The translations under genes and the position numbers were made by a program. Of a stretch of DNA of 64,000 nucleotides, positions 20,674-30,195 are shown one piece after another. This DNA is from a virus, in the IMG/VR virus record IMGVR_UViG_3300033512_000218, positions 32,001 through 96,000 of that record; one strand, given 5' to 3'. Numbering within the stretch: position 1 is the stretch's first letter; each line of letters opens with the position of its first letter. The notes beneath the pieces are model-generated. The model saw nothing but the letters and a program-made list of their open reading frames with translations, did no database searches and had not been told where the DNA came from.

Positions 20674-20762
20674 TAACGGTTGGGTGTATGAAACGTAACC
20701 TAACTACAAACTTTAGTATTAACCACTGAACTATAATAGGTTATGTTTTATACACCTTGTTA
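20674..20762. repeat. attC-like site D
   Basis: arms GGTGTATGAAACGTAACCTA / TAGGTTATGTTTTATACACC. Confidence 0.85.
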
Positions 20763-20862
20763 TATGCAGTGCGGACTTATAGTGGAAATGTTGATACGAG
20801 AGATGAACCTTTTTGTTTTATTTTTTGTGCGGTGGGAAAGTAATTAACTTAATAACTAAAAT

Positions 20863-21435
20863 ATGAAATACGAAATAATATACGCTGATCCAGCTTGGGA
20901 ATACAATACAAAGGAATGTTTGGCTAAAACATCAATACTTAATGGAGAATTGAATACCCATTATAGCACAATGACATTGAAAGACTTAAAAGCATTAGAC
21001 GTGCAAAGTATTTCAAATAAAAATTGTATGCTGTTTTTGTGGGTTGTAAGCCCGATGTTAAAAGAAGGTATTGAAGTGATGGAAGCGTGGGGCTTTAAAT
21101 ATGCCACAATAGCTTTTATATGGCACAAGCAAAGAACAAACCCTGGACATTATACAATGAGTGAATGTGAAATTTGCTTGGTAGGGAAGCGTGGCACAAT
21201 ACCAACTCCAAGAGGAGCAAGGAATGTAAGGCAATTTTTATCTGAAATGCGAGGCAAACATTCTGCTAAACCTAATGAAATAAGAACGAGAATTGATACA
21301 ATGTTTCCAACTCAAAATAAAGTAGAATTATTTGCAAGGCAGAATGTTTTAGGATGGGATGCTTGGGGTAACGAATGCGAAAACTCTATAACTATTGGAG
21401 GGGAGGAAAAAAAAATTAAAACAAATTGCGTATAA
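20863..21435 (+). CDS. MT-A70 family N6-adenine methyltransferase (cassette)
   Basis: IYADPAW, LFLWV, WGFKY, HSAKP, ELFAR..GWDAWGNE. Confidence 0.9.
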   Translation: MKYEIIYADPAWEYNTKECLAKTSILNGELNTHYSTMTLKDLKALDVQSISNKNCMLFLWVVSPMLKEGIEVMEAWGFKYATIAFIWHKQRTNPGHYTMSECEICLVGKRGTIPTPRGARNVRQFLSEMRGKHSAKPNEIRTRIDTMFPTQNKVELFARQNVLGWDAWGNECENSITIGGEEKKIKTNCV

Positions 21436-21497
21436 CGAATGGTGCTATGAGCAGGTTTGTGTTGCGCCTGCGGCAAACTTGCTTATAGCACGTGTTA
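21433..21497. repeat. attC-like site E
   Basis: arms GTGCTATGAGCAGGTTTG / CAAACTTGCTTATAGCAC. Confidence 0.85.
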
Positions 21498-21568
21498 CTG
21501 GCTGGCTCGGTTAATTAACCACTAAACTCAAATCGAAGCATTAAACAAAAGAATTTAAAAAAAGAGGG

Positions 21569-22330
21569 ATGGAAAAAAATAAAATATATAACGAAAATTG
21601 CCTTGAAACAATGGCTAAAATGCCTGATAAGTTTGTGGACTTAACGGTTACTTCACCGCCTTATAATATGCGAACACGTATAAGAAACGGACAATATACC
21701 ACAAGAGAGAAAAGCGAACATTTTAGCAAAAAGTATAAGTATTTTGACGATGCTTTACCAATAAATGATTTTTACGAATTTCATAGCAGCGTATTGACTG
21801 AACTATTGAGAGTATCAAAAATTGTTTGCTACAACTTTCAAATAGTGACAGGAAGCAAAGAAGCGTTTTTTAAAATCATTGGCGACTTTAACAAGGATAT
21901 TAAGGATATTATCATTTGGGATAAAGGAAGCGGACAGCCTGCAATGCACGGAATGGTTTTAAATAGCTGCTATGAAATGGTATTGATATTAGAAGATGAT
22001 AAAAGAGCAGGGAGAGCAATACAAAATGCTAAATTCAAAAGAGGTGAAATGAATAACATTTTGAGAATCGGCAGAGGCAAAAAAGTATCTGATGTTCACG
22101 GTGCAATTTTTCCAGAACAACTACCATTTGATTTGATAAACGCTTTTTCAGAAAAAGAAGCATTGATTTACGACCCTTTTATGGGAAGTGGAACTACTGG
22201 ATTAGTAGCAAGTAAATTAGGTAGAAACTATATTGGAAGTGAAATAACAGAAGAATATTGTCAAATAGCTGAAAATCGTATTAAAGAGTGCGGTGGGCTT
22301 TTTTTGAACTCTTTTGAACCGAAATGTTAA
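21569..22330 (+). CDS. N4-C/N6-A DNA methyltransferase, beta class (cassette)
   Basis: TSPPY, HGAIFP, YDPFMGSGTT. Confidence 0.9.
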   Translation: MEKNKIYNENCLETMAKMPDKFVDLTVTSPPYNMRTRIRNGQYTTREKSEHFSKKYKYFDDALPINDFYEFHSSVLTELLRVSKIVCYNFQIVTGSKEAFFKIIGDFNKDIKDIIIWDKGSGQPAMHGMVLNSCYEMVLILEDDKRAGRAIQNAKFKRGEMNNILRIGRGKKVSDVHGAIFPEQLPFDLINAFSEKEALIYDPFMGSGTTGLVASKLGRNYIGSEITEEYCQIAENRIKECGGLFLNSFEPKC

Positions 22331-22358
22331 ATCGCAGCACAAATGTAGAGCTTGCCAG

Positions 22359-22447
22359 TAACGTTGGTGCTATGAGCAGGTTTGCCTTGCAGAAATGTTC
22401 AAATTTAGCACTAATGTTATTGGCAAACTTGCTTATAGCACGTGTTA
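22359..22447. repeat. attC-like site F
   Basis: arms identical to site E, different loop. Confidence 0.85.
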
Positions 22448-22483
22448 TGTGCCGTTTTTATTCACGAATTTAAAATTAGTAAG

Positions 22484-22996
22484 ATGAAAAAATATGATGT
22501 AATTTATGCCGACCCTGCTTGGCGATATGACTTTAGCAAAAGTAATAGCAGGGAAATTGAAAACCAATACCCAACAATGACCATAGATGAAATATGTGGA
22601 TTAAAAGTACCTGCAAAAGATAACGCTGTGCTTTATATGTGGGCAACTGCACCAAAGCTATTGGAAGCAATAAAAGTATTAAATGCGTGGGGCTTTGAAT
22701 ATAAAACACAAGCAGTTTGGGATAAGGAAATTATCGGAATGGGTTATTGGTTCAGAGGACAACACGAAATATTAATAGTTGCTACAAAGGGTAAATTTTC
22801 ACCACCCGAACAACCATTAAGAATAAGTAGTGTGATTAAGGAAAGGAGAACCAAGCATAGCAAGAAACCGATTTATGTAAGAGATATGATTGAAAAATGG
22901 TTTCCCGATTCTGAACGATTAGAAATGTTTGCCCGAACAAGCGGTGAAAATTGGGATGTTTGGGGAAATGAAGTTGAGAGTAGTGTCGCTCTTTAA
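22484..22996 (+). CDS. MT-A70 family methyltransferase (cassette)
   Basis: IYADPAW, WGFEYKT, HSKKP, EMFAR; likely ATG at 22484. Confidence 0.9.
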   Translation: MKKYDVIYADPAWRYDFSKSNSREIENQYPTMTIDEICGLKVPAKDNAVLYMWATAPKLLEAIKVLNAWGFEYKTQAVWDKEIIGMGYWFRGQHEILIVATKGKFSPPEQPLRISSVIKERRTKHSKKPIYVRDMIEKWFPDSERLEMFARTSGENWDVWGNEVESSVAL

Positions 22997-23005
22997 AATG
23001 GCACA

Positions 23006-23093
23006 TAACGGTTGCGTGTATATTTCAGGTTTGCTTGTACGAACTTTGAATTATGCACAAATGCTGATGCAAACTTGAATATACACGTTGTTA
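23006..23093. repeat. attC-like site G
   Basis: arms CGTGTATATTTCAGGTTTGC / GCAAACTTGAATATACACG. Confidence 0.85.
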
Positions 23094-23167
23094 GTAACAG
23101 TAGCATACGACAATGTTAATTTGAAACGCTACACTTTTTATTTTAAATTTTTAAGGAGGGATTTTTT

Positions 23168-24148
23168 ATGAATATTTTGAGTTTATTTGATGGTATAAGT
23201 TGTGGGCAAATAGCGTTGGAACGTGCTAATATTAAAGTTGATAAATATTACGCAAGTGAAATTGATGCCAATGCTATTAAAGTTACGAAACACAACTACC
23301 CAAATACAATACATATTGGAAGTGTGAATGATATTGATTTTAGTAAATACCAAGATATTGATATTTTAATTGGTGGTAGCCCCTGCCAAGACTTATCACG
23401 TTGTAATTTAGAAAATAAGGGATTAGAAGGAGAACGATCTAAATTATTTTTTAAATACATAGAATCGTTAAAAATTACTAAGCCTAAATATTATGTATTT
23501 GAAAATGTTGGAAGTATGACCAATGAGAATATGGAAACCATAAGTGAATATTTCGGACATAAACCAATTTGTATAAACTCAAATTTAGTTTCTCCACAAA
23601 GCAGAGAAAGATATTATTGGACAAATATACCAAACGTAATACCACCAATAGATAAAAACATTTTGGTTAAGAATATAATTGAAAAAACCGTACCCGAAAA
23701 GTATTACTTAAAAATGGATTATGCTTATGTACCAAAGGAAACAAAACATAATTCAAAAAGCGGATTACAATTTGTTTGTGGTATTATTAGCAAAAAGAAA
23801 TGGCTTGATGATGGGAAAGGAAATTCACGTAATTTTTCACAAGGAAATAGAGTTTATTCGATAAATGGAAAATCTTGTACTATAAATGCAAATGCTGGAG
23901 GATTAGGTGGTAAAAGTGGATTATATTATTTAGAAGATGGAAAGGAATTTAGCAAAAGCAATATAAGAAGATTAACACCATTAGAAACAGAACGATTACA
24001 AACAATACCTGACAACTATACCGATATAATAAACGAAACAAATAGGTACAAATGTATTGGCAATGGTTGGACGGTAGATGTAATTGCACATATTCTTTCT
24101 TTTATAAATGGTTTTGAAAAAACCACAGATCGTGGGCAAAAAATTTAA
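23168..24148 (+). CDS. C5-cytosine DNA methyltransferase (cassette)
   Basis: LSLFDGI, GGSPCQDLS, FENV, QSRERYY, RRLTPLETERLQ, IGNGW. Confidence 0.93.
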   Translation: MNILSLFDGISCGQIALERANIKVDKYYASEIDANAIKVTKHNYPNTIHIGSVNDIDFSKYQDIDILIGGSPCQDLSRCNLENKGLEGERSKLFFKYIESLKITKPKYYVFENVGSMTNENMETISEYFGHKPICINSNLVSPQSRERYYWTNIPNVIPPIDKNILVKNIIEKTVPEKYYLKMDYAYVPKETKHNSKSGLQFVCGIISKKKWLDDGKGNSRNFSQGNRVYSINGKSCTINANAGGLGGKSGLYYLEDGKEFSKSNIRRLTPLETERLQTIPDNYTDIINETNRYKCIGNGWTVDVIAHILSFINGFEKTTDRGQKI

Positions 24149-24199
24149 AATAAAAAATTATTATGCACGAACCTTGCTACGAAGAAAGGCTATTGTTAC

Positions 24200-24302
24200 T
24201 AACTATTATATATAAACAAGTGTATTTAATTTATTGATTATGAATACAAAAGACAAAACAAATCTTGAAATTTTCGAAGATATTTCTTGAGTTGAAAATT
24301 AT
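24200..24302. other. attI-like terminal site plus putative integrase 5' remnant
   Basis: TAACTATTATATATAAA..TTATTGATTATG then MNTKDKTNLEIFEDIS*VENY; ~100 bp shared with 42846-42950. Confidence 0.6.
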
Positions 24303-24306
24303 AAAT

Positions 24307-24363
24307 TTTAACATTTATTAACACAAATTAATTTTGATTTAGTTAATAAATGTTTTATCTTTG
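24307..24363 (+). promoter_or_regulatory. 57-bp early-type promoter
   Basis: motif copy. Confidence 0.8.
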
Positions 24364-24388
24364 TGATATAATTTAAAAAATTAAACAA

Positions 24389-24820
24389 ATGAAACATTTT
24401 ATTACATCATTAAGAGCAACCTCAAAAGAAGAAACATTAAATCGTTTTAAAGAAACAAATGATTATAATGAAAATAAAGTATATTCTGCTAATCTCAATT
24501 GGTATACACAGGATTGGGATATATACGAATATGATTTAAAAGAAGGTGATTATATTGCATTTGAATATGAATATGAAATAGGTGACCCTGAAATAATAGT
24601 TGATAATATTTCATTTGTATATGAAGATAGAGTAATCGTACACTTTTTATATGGTTATAAATCTGAAACTTGTACTATTTTAAAAAAAGATATTTTAGCA
24701 ATAGGAAATAAACTAAATGGAACAACAAAATTATTAGGTTGGACTGGCTTATTTGATATTGTAAATGAAACAGATTTTTTAATTAAAAATATAGAATATG
24801 AAACAAAATCTAATAGTTAA
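24389..24820 (+). CDS. hypothetical protein
   Basis: ORF after promoter. Confidence 0.65.
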   Translation: MKHFITSLRATSKEETLNRFKETNDYNENKVYSANLNWYTQDWDIYEYDLKEGDYIAFEYEYEIGDPEIIVDNISFVYEDRVIVHFLYGYKSETCTILKKDILAIGNKLNGTTKLLGWTGLFDIVNETDFLIKNIEYETKSNS

Positions 24821-25010
24821 AAAAGGACAAATAATTAAAACCGAGAGAAATGAAATTTTCAAAGTTAAATTGGAAAATGATAATATTATTACCTGTACAA
24901 TATCAGGTAAAATGAGATTAAATAAAATTCATTTAATTGAAGGTGATTTCGTAACGGTTGAATTATCTCCTTATGATATGACACGAGGTAGAATTAGTTG
25001 GAAAGGATAA
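24798..25010 (+). CDS. infA: translation initiation factor IF-1
   Basis: FKVKLEND..ISGKMRLNKIHLIEGDFVTVELSPYDMTRGRI. Confidence 0.93.
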   Translation: MKQNLIVKKGQIIKTERNEIFKVKLENDNIITCTISGKMRLNKIHLIEGDFVTVELSPYDMTRGRISWKG

Positions 25011-25069
25011 ATTCTATAATATTAAATTTATTATCTATTTTATTATTGGTTTTATAAGATTATATGTTT

Positions 25070-25393
25070 ATTTTATTAAAGTTGATACTGTTTCTTCTTC
25101 TTCTTCAGTAAAATATGATAATAAATATTTAATTAATTCAATTGATTTTTTGGCGTATTTTTATTTAGTTTTCTTTTTAAATTATCTAATCTATCTGCTA
25201 TTTTAATAATTATTAATTTATTTCTTGTATCAGAATCGAGTTGTGGTAATATTTGAGTTAAATGATGTAAAGGTTCATTATCAATATTATCAGATGTTTT
25301 GGTTTCACTACTTATATATCTGATTATTTTTTTAGCTTTATCATATATATTAAGTTTATCGATATCTCCTCCTTGTTCTATATAATCATGAAA
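25070..25393 (-). pseudogene. 5'-truncated RelA/SpoT-type HD hydrolase fragment
   Basis: minus-strand translation FHDYIEQGG...IIIKIADRLDNLK; frameshift near 25165; no start codon, cut off at the attC-like site. Confidence 0.65.
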
Positions 25394-25399
25394 TGTTTA

Positions 25400-25882
25400 T
25401 AGCAGTTTGCAATATGAAACGGTTGCATTATAAAACGTTTCAATTTTAGTAATAGCTTGACAGCAACAGTTTTATATTGCTTGTTAGGTATAATAATTTT
25501 TATTATGGGAATGTACACACAATTTATTATCGAATGCAAGTTAAAAGAAGAAACTCCTTACAAAATTATCGAATGTTTAGAAGATATGATAAACGACATT
25601 GATAATGATTTATTTACTTATAATCGAAATCCTTTAAACAATTATTGTGAAAGCAATAAATATTTTAAATCATTTAAAGATTTAGTGTTAAAAGCACATG
25701 GGGATATAAAAAACTATCAGACTGATATTGATAGGTTTACTGATTTTATAAAACCTTATGTGGAAATAGGGTTTTTAGAAAATAATTCTTTTGCTAAATC
25801 ATTATACGAAGGATATGATGAGTGGACGTATTATTGTACCTAACTATTATATATAAAAATCTCAACCTAAGTTATTGACTAT
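25400..25882. mobile_element. integron-like array 2 (attC-like hairpin, one gene, attI-like end)
   Basis: arms GCAATATGAAACGGTTGC / GCAACAGTTTTATATTGC; ends GTTAGGTATAATAA / TTATTGTACCTAAC; then TATTATATATAAA..TTATTGACTAT. Confidence 0.75.
25505..25843 (+). CDS. cassette hypothetical protein
   Basis: likely start MGMYTQF; stop codon is the TAA of TAAC. Confidence 0.7.
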   Translation: MGMYTQFIIECKLKEETPYKIIECLEDMINDIDNDLFTYNRNPLNNYCESNKYFKSFKDLVLKAHGDIKNYQTDIDRFTDFIKPYVEIGFLENNSFAKSLYEGYDEWTYYCT

Positions 25883-25897
25883 ATTTAAAATTATATT

Positions 25898-25954
25898 TTT
25901 AACATTTATTAACATAATTAAATTTGTATTTTTGATTTATTTAATCTATCTTTG
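25898..25954 (+). promoter_or_regulatory. 57-bp early-type promoter
   Basis: motif copy. Confidence 0.8.
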
Positions 25955-25978
25955 TAATATAATTTAAAAAATAATAAA

Positions 25979-28900
25979 ATGAAAGATTTATCAAATTTAT
26001 CAATTAGTCAATTGGAAAAATATAAGGATGATTATATTGCCTTATACGTTGGTGATTTTTATAAACCTTTGGATTATAAAAAAACAATTCAATATATTAA
26101 TCAATTATTGGATTATAAACAAATTAAATTAAAAAATAAAATTCAGAAAAAAATATATACTCAAAATGAAGTATTTGGATTATTATCAAAAATATTACAG
26201 GACTATGACACTGTACTACAAGATAATAATATTAATACATTATTGATACAGTTTGATAAAAGGGAATGGTTTAATAAACACAAAAAATAAAAAAATATGA
26301 AAATAATTTATTTAGGACAAGAAATTGATAATTCAGTTGAACAAGAAATTATCAGTGATGAGGAAATTGGATTTAATGTTTCTTATAACTTTAAAGAAGG
26401 AACAAGACCTTATAAAAGTGTAACAGTATATAATGTATCTGGATTTTATTATTTAGGAGAACAATTGGAAAATGGCTTTTCCTTACATAGTCAAATACAT
26501 GACAATGAAATTAATAGTAACATTAAAGATATTGATATAATCAAAATAGATATATCTGATAGAGTATATACTGAATTTAAAAGGTATGAATAAAGAAATA
26601 AAAATAGGTAATAATATTTATACGGATAATCTTAAATCATTAAATCCTACTTATGAAAATAGTGGGATTTATGAAAATGAAAGTTGTTTTAAAATAAGCA
26701 ATCTATTATTTGATTATGAAATTTATATATCTAAAAAACATAAAGAAGGTATTAGATTAAAAAATATGATTTATGATAAAAAAAATATAAATGATATTAT
26801 AAACTATTTAAATCTTATAATAATAAAATCAATAAAAATAAGTGATATTAAACGTGAAATTAATTATTTGGAAAATATTGCTTATCTTAAAGGTAAAGAA
26901 GATATGAAAACTGAATTTAGAAACTTATTAAATTTAAAATAAAATGGATACAAATTATATATTAAAACCTGTTTCAATAAGTGAACGATTAACTGAATAT
27001 TTAATCGAAATACCAGTAATTAGTTCTGGAATTAATAGAACTGCATATTTGGATAGGGATAAAAAATTTTATTTAGTAACAGGTGAAGAAATAGATGTTG
27101 AATATTGGTATGAACCAATAAAATTATCTGAATTAGATAGTTTTAAAATATTACCTACTGAAAAAAGGTTGAAACAAAGAGAGGAATTGGATTGGATGCA
27201 TCCTTCTGATATAGCATTACTATATCATAAAGCTCTTGAATACACTGAAAAACAAAACATTAAATTACAATTAGAAATTAAAAAATTAGAAGATTTATTA
27301 TCTGCTACAGTTATGTCTGATTTAGAAAGACATAATGATTTAATTGAAAAACATGGAGAAATTTCTTGGCAAATTGAAGAACTTGCCAATAATAGAGATA
27401 GCGAAGATGGAATGTCAAATTCATTATTCAGACAATTAGTTAGAGAATTATTGGAACAGGGAGCAAATAAAAGATATATTAATTCAATTGATTCTATTAA
27501 AGAATCATATTGTTATAAAACATATGATAAATTTTTAAATAATGCATTAAAAATAGCATCATATGGAAAACTTAAAAAATAATTAAAATTATGAAAATAC
27601 AATTAAACTAATTTTTAAACACTTAAAATACAAAATATGAAAAATAAATTATTACATATATTAGAAAAAATTAAATCATTTACAAAATATTATATAACAA
27701 ATAAAAATGGAGTTTCTGAAGTAAAATATCAAAACTTAAATCTTAAAGTTAGTATTAAAAATAGTAAAATTGATATTGCAGTTGAATCTAAAACAAAAGA
27801 ATTGATTATTTATTGTTGTTTAGACTTTATTATTGATACAGAAATTGAGTTTTTTATTGAAAATGATTCATTTATACTTCTTTTAACTCAATTAAATGAT
27901 GAAATACAATTTATTAGTATTGAAAATGGATTACTAAATATAAATAATATTTATAGTAATATAATTAACCCCGATTTATGTTATGCTTTCCCTAAAATAA
28001 CAAAATTACCTGAATTTATTCCGTTTGATTTATCATTTTTAAACGATAAATTACCAATAAAATACAATGATAAATCAGAAATAAAAATATCTGATAGTAA
28101 ATTACAATTAAATCAATGTAATAATTTTAAATTGTATATTGATAATTATTATACATATAATAATAGTATTATAGAAATTATAAATAATAATCCTATTATA
28201 AATTGTTATAAACAATCATCATTGTTATTATTTAAATTTGAGTTAGATAATATTCTATGTTTTTTTAGCTTAACACATATTTAATATAAAATTATGATAC
28301 AATTAACAAAAGATTTATTAATAACCGAATTTAATAAAATTACACTCGTTAAAACCCAAAAAACAATATTAAAAAAATGTATAAATAATTTCAATGATAC
28401 TGATTTAATTGTGGATAATAGTACCACTGACCTTCATGTTCTTATGGGACATATATCATCTGAAATTAAAATTAATTTATCTGATGCTAAATTAGTTTTT
28501 AATAATGTTTTAACTTTTATCAATAATTATAAAATATGAAAATAGTAGATTTTATTTCAAAAATGATACAGAAATATCCTAAATTGTTTAAAGATATTGA
28601 TTATGAAAAATCAAAATTTAAAGTATTAAATCAAGTATTTTTTAGTTCTACAGATGATTTTGTAATAGCAAAAATAAAAAATCCATCAGAAAGTGGTTAT
28701 ATTGTTGAACCTAAATATAAAAAAGATAAAAAAACAAGTAAATATAATAGAATTATAGATAAACCGTATGGAAAAGAAAAGTATAAACTGATACCTAAGG
28801 AATATTTTGATAATGATGTTTATTATGTTTATACCAATGAAATTCCTTTGAATACAGTTTATATAAAAAATAAACACAAACGTGATAAAGTTTATTTTCT

Positions 28901-29342
28901 TTATAAAAAAACAAATGATGAATTTATGGAACCTAAATTATATAAAGCAAATAATTTACGTTATTTTCAACCATATCCATTTAGTAAAGAATCTTCTATT
29001 GTATGTGACATATTTTATAATAATATTTTCCTACAAGATGACTGGATGTATGAGTTGATTTTATTATGCAAAAGAACTTTGGAATATTTTAATGATGAAA
29101 ATCAATATAAAAATGATATATTTTATCCAAACCAAATAAATATTAATAAGGAATTAAAACGTGTTAAAGATTATTTTAATCAAAATGGATTAAATGAACT
29201 GCAAAAAGATTTAGGTTATATAATAAAAGAAACTTTACCTGATAATAATGAAATTGAAATTAGATTAACTAATATTTGGAATAATTATCGTAATGACCAA
29301 ATAGAATTTTTAAATAATTTTTTGCAAAAATATACTAATTAA
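25979..29342 (+). other. run of seven co-oriented hypothetical ORFs (25979, 26297, 26586, 26944, 27637, 28294, 28536)
   Basis: tightly packed ORFs with A-rich leaders; no recognisable motifs. Confidence 0.65.
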
Positions 29343-29371
29343 ATCATTTTAACTTATATTAATAATACATT

Positions 29372-29545
29372 ATGAAAGATAAATATATAATTATTGACCT
29401 TAGAAATATGAATGTCATGAAAAATAAAGAAGGTAAAATAATTTTTTATAATACAGAAGATGAAGCATATGAAGTATGAGGAATGTATGAATTTGAAAAT
29501 GTCTGGGTTATGAAGTTAATTTATAATCATATTGAAAATTATTAA
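29372..29545 (+). pseudogene. small gene with in-frame TGA at 29477-29479
   Basis: MKDKYIIIDL...EAYEV*GMYEFENVWVMKLIYNHIENY. Confidence 0.5.
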
Positions 29546-29594
29546 ACAATACAAATTTTATAGAATGGAAATTAATTTTACATACAAAAATAAT

Positions 29595-30086
29595 ATGAAT
29601 ACAAATAAAAAATATGAATTAACAAATGAAACAATTAGTCTTAATGGTTATACGTTATATAGAATTAAAGCATTAAAATCATTTTCAGATGTAAAGGAAG
29701 GAGATTTAGGAGGTTTTATACAATCAGAAAAAAATCTATATCAAAAAGATGAATGTTGGGTTTATGATAATGCAATGGTGTTTAATGAAGCAAGAATATT
29801 TGAGAATGCTACAATATCCGAAAACACTAAGGTTTTTAATAATGCATGGGTTTTTAACAATGCTAAAGTTTATGGAAATTCCCAGATTTATGGTAATGCT
29901 AAAATTTATAGAAATGCTAAAGTTTTCGGTGATACTAAGATTTATGATAATGCTAAAGTTTTTGGGAATACCAGAGTTTATGGAAATGCTAAAGTTTATG
30001 GTGATGCTAAAATATTCGTAAATAGTTTAATTTGTGGAACTGCAAATGTGGATTATGATGTTAGTAGAGGTGAAATAAACGAATAA
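29595..30086 (+). CDS. hexapeptide-repeat (left-handed beta-helix) phage protein, paralog 1
   Basis: KKYELT..LYRIKALKSFSDVKEGDLGG then (V/I)xxNAx repeats; likely start MNTNKK. Confidence 0.8.
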   Translation: MNTNKKYELTNETISLNGYTLYRIKALKSFSDVKEGDLGGFIQSEKNLYQKDECWVYDNAMVFNEARIFENATISENTKVFNNAWVFNNAKVYGNSQIYGNAKIYRNAKVFGDTKIYDNAKVFGNTRVYGNAKVYGDAKIFVNSLICGTANVDYDVSRGEINE

Positions 30087-30195
30087 GTACAGCTATTTCA
30101 ATTATTTTATTTTCCTAAACAAATACACTACATTGAAATAATATTTGTTTAGAATCAAAATAAACATTTAAAGAATTAATATATTAATCCATATT

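Larger units (their letters stand above)
19152..24300. mobile_element. integron-like cassette array 1 (8 cassettes, 7 attC-like hairpins, attI-like end)
   Basis: TAAC..GTTA hairpins at 19452, 19689, 19986, 20674, 21433, 22359, 23006; cassette ends are reverse complements. Confidence 0.8.

Noticed and set aside
19452-23093. CRISPR array or simple REP/terminator repeats
   Set aside because: The units are separated by whole genes, arm sequences differ, there are no U-tracts and no cas genes. Cassette-specific end complementarity is not explained by these classes.
19136-25504. ORF-track starts at 19136, 19458, 19682, 19981, 22442 and 25457
   Set aside because: These are mostly GTG/TTG extensions through hairpin sites; downstream ATGs with A-rich leaders are more plausible.
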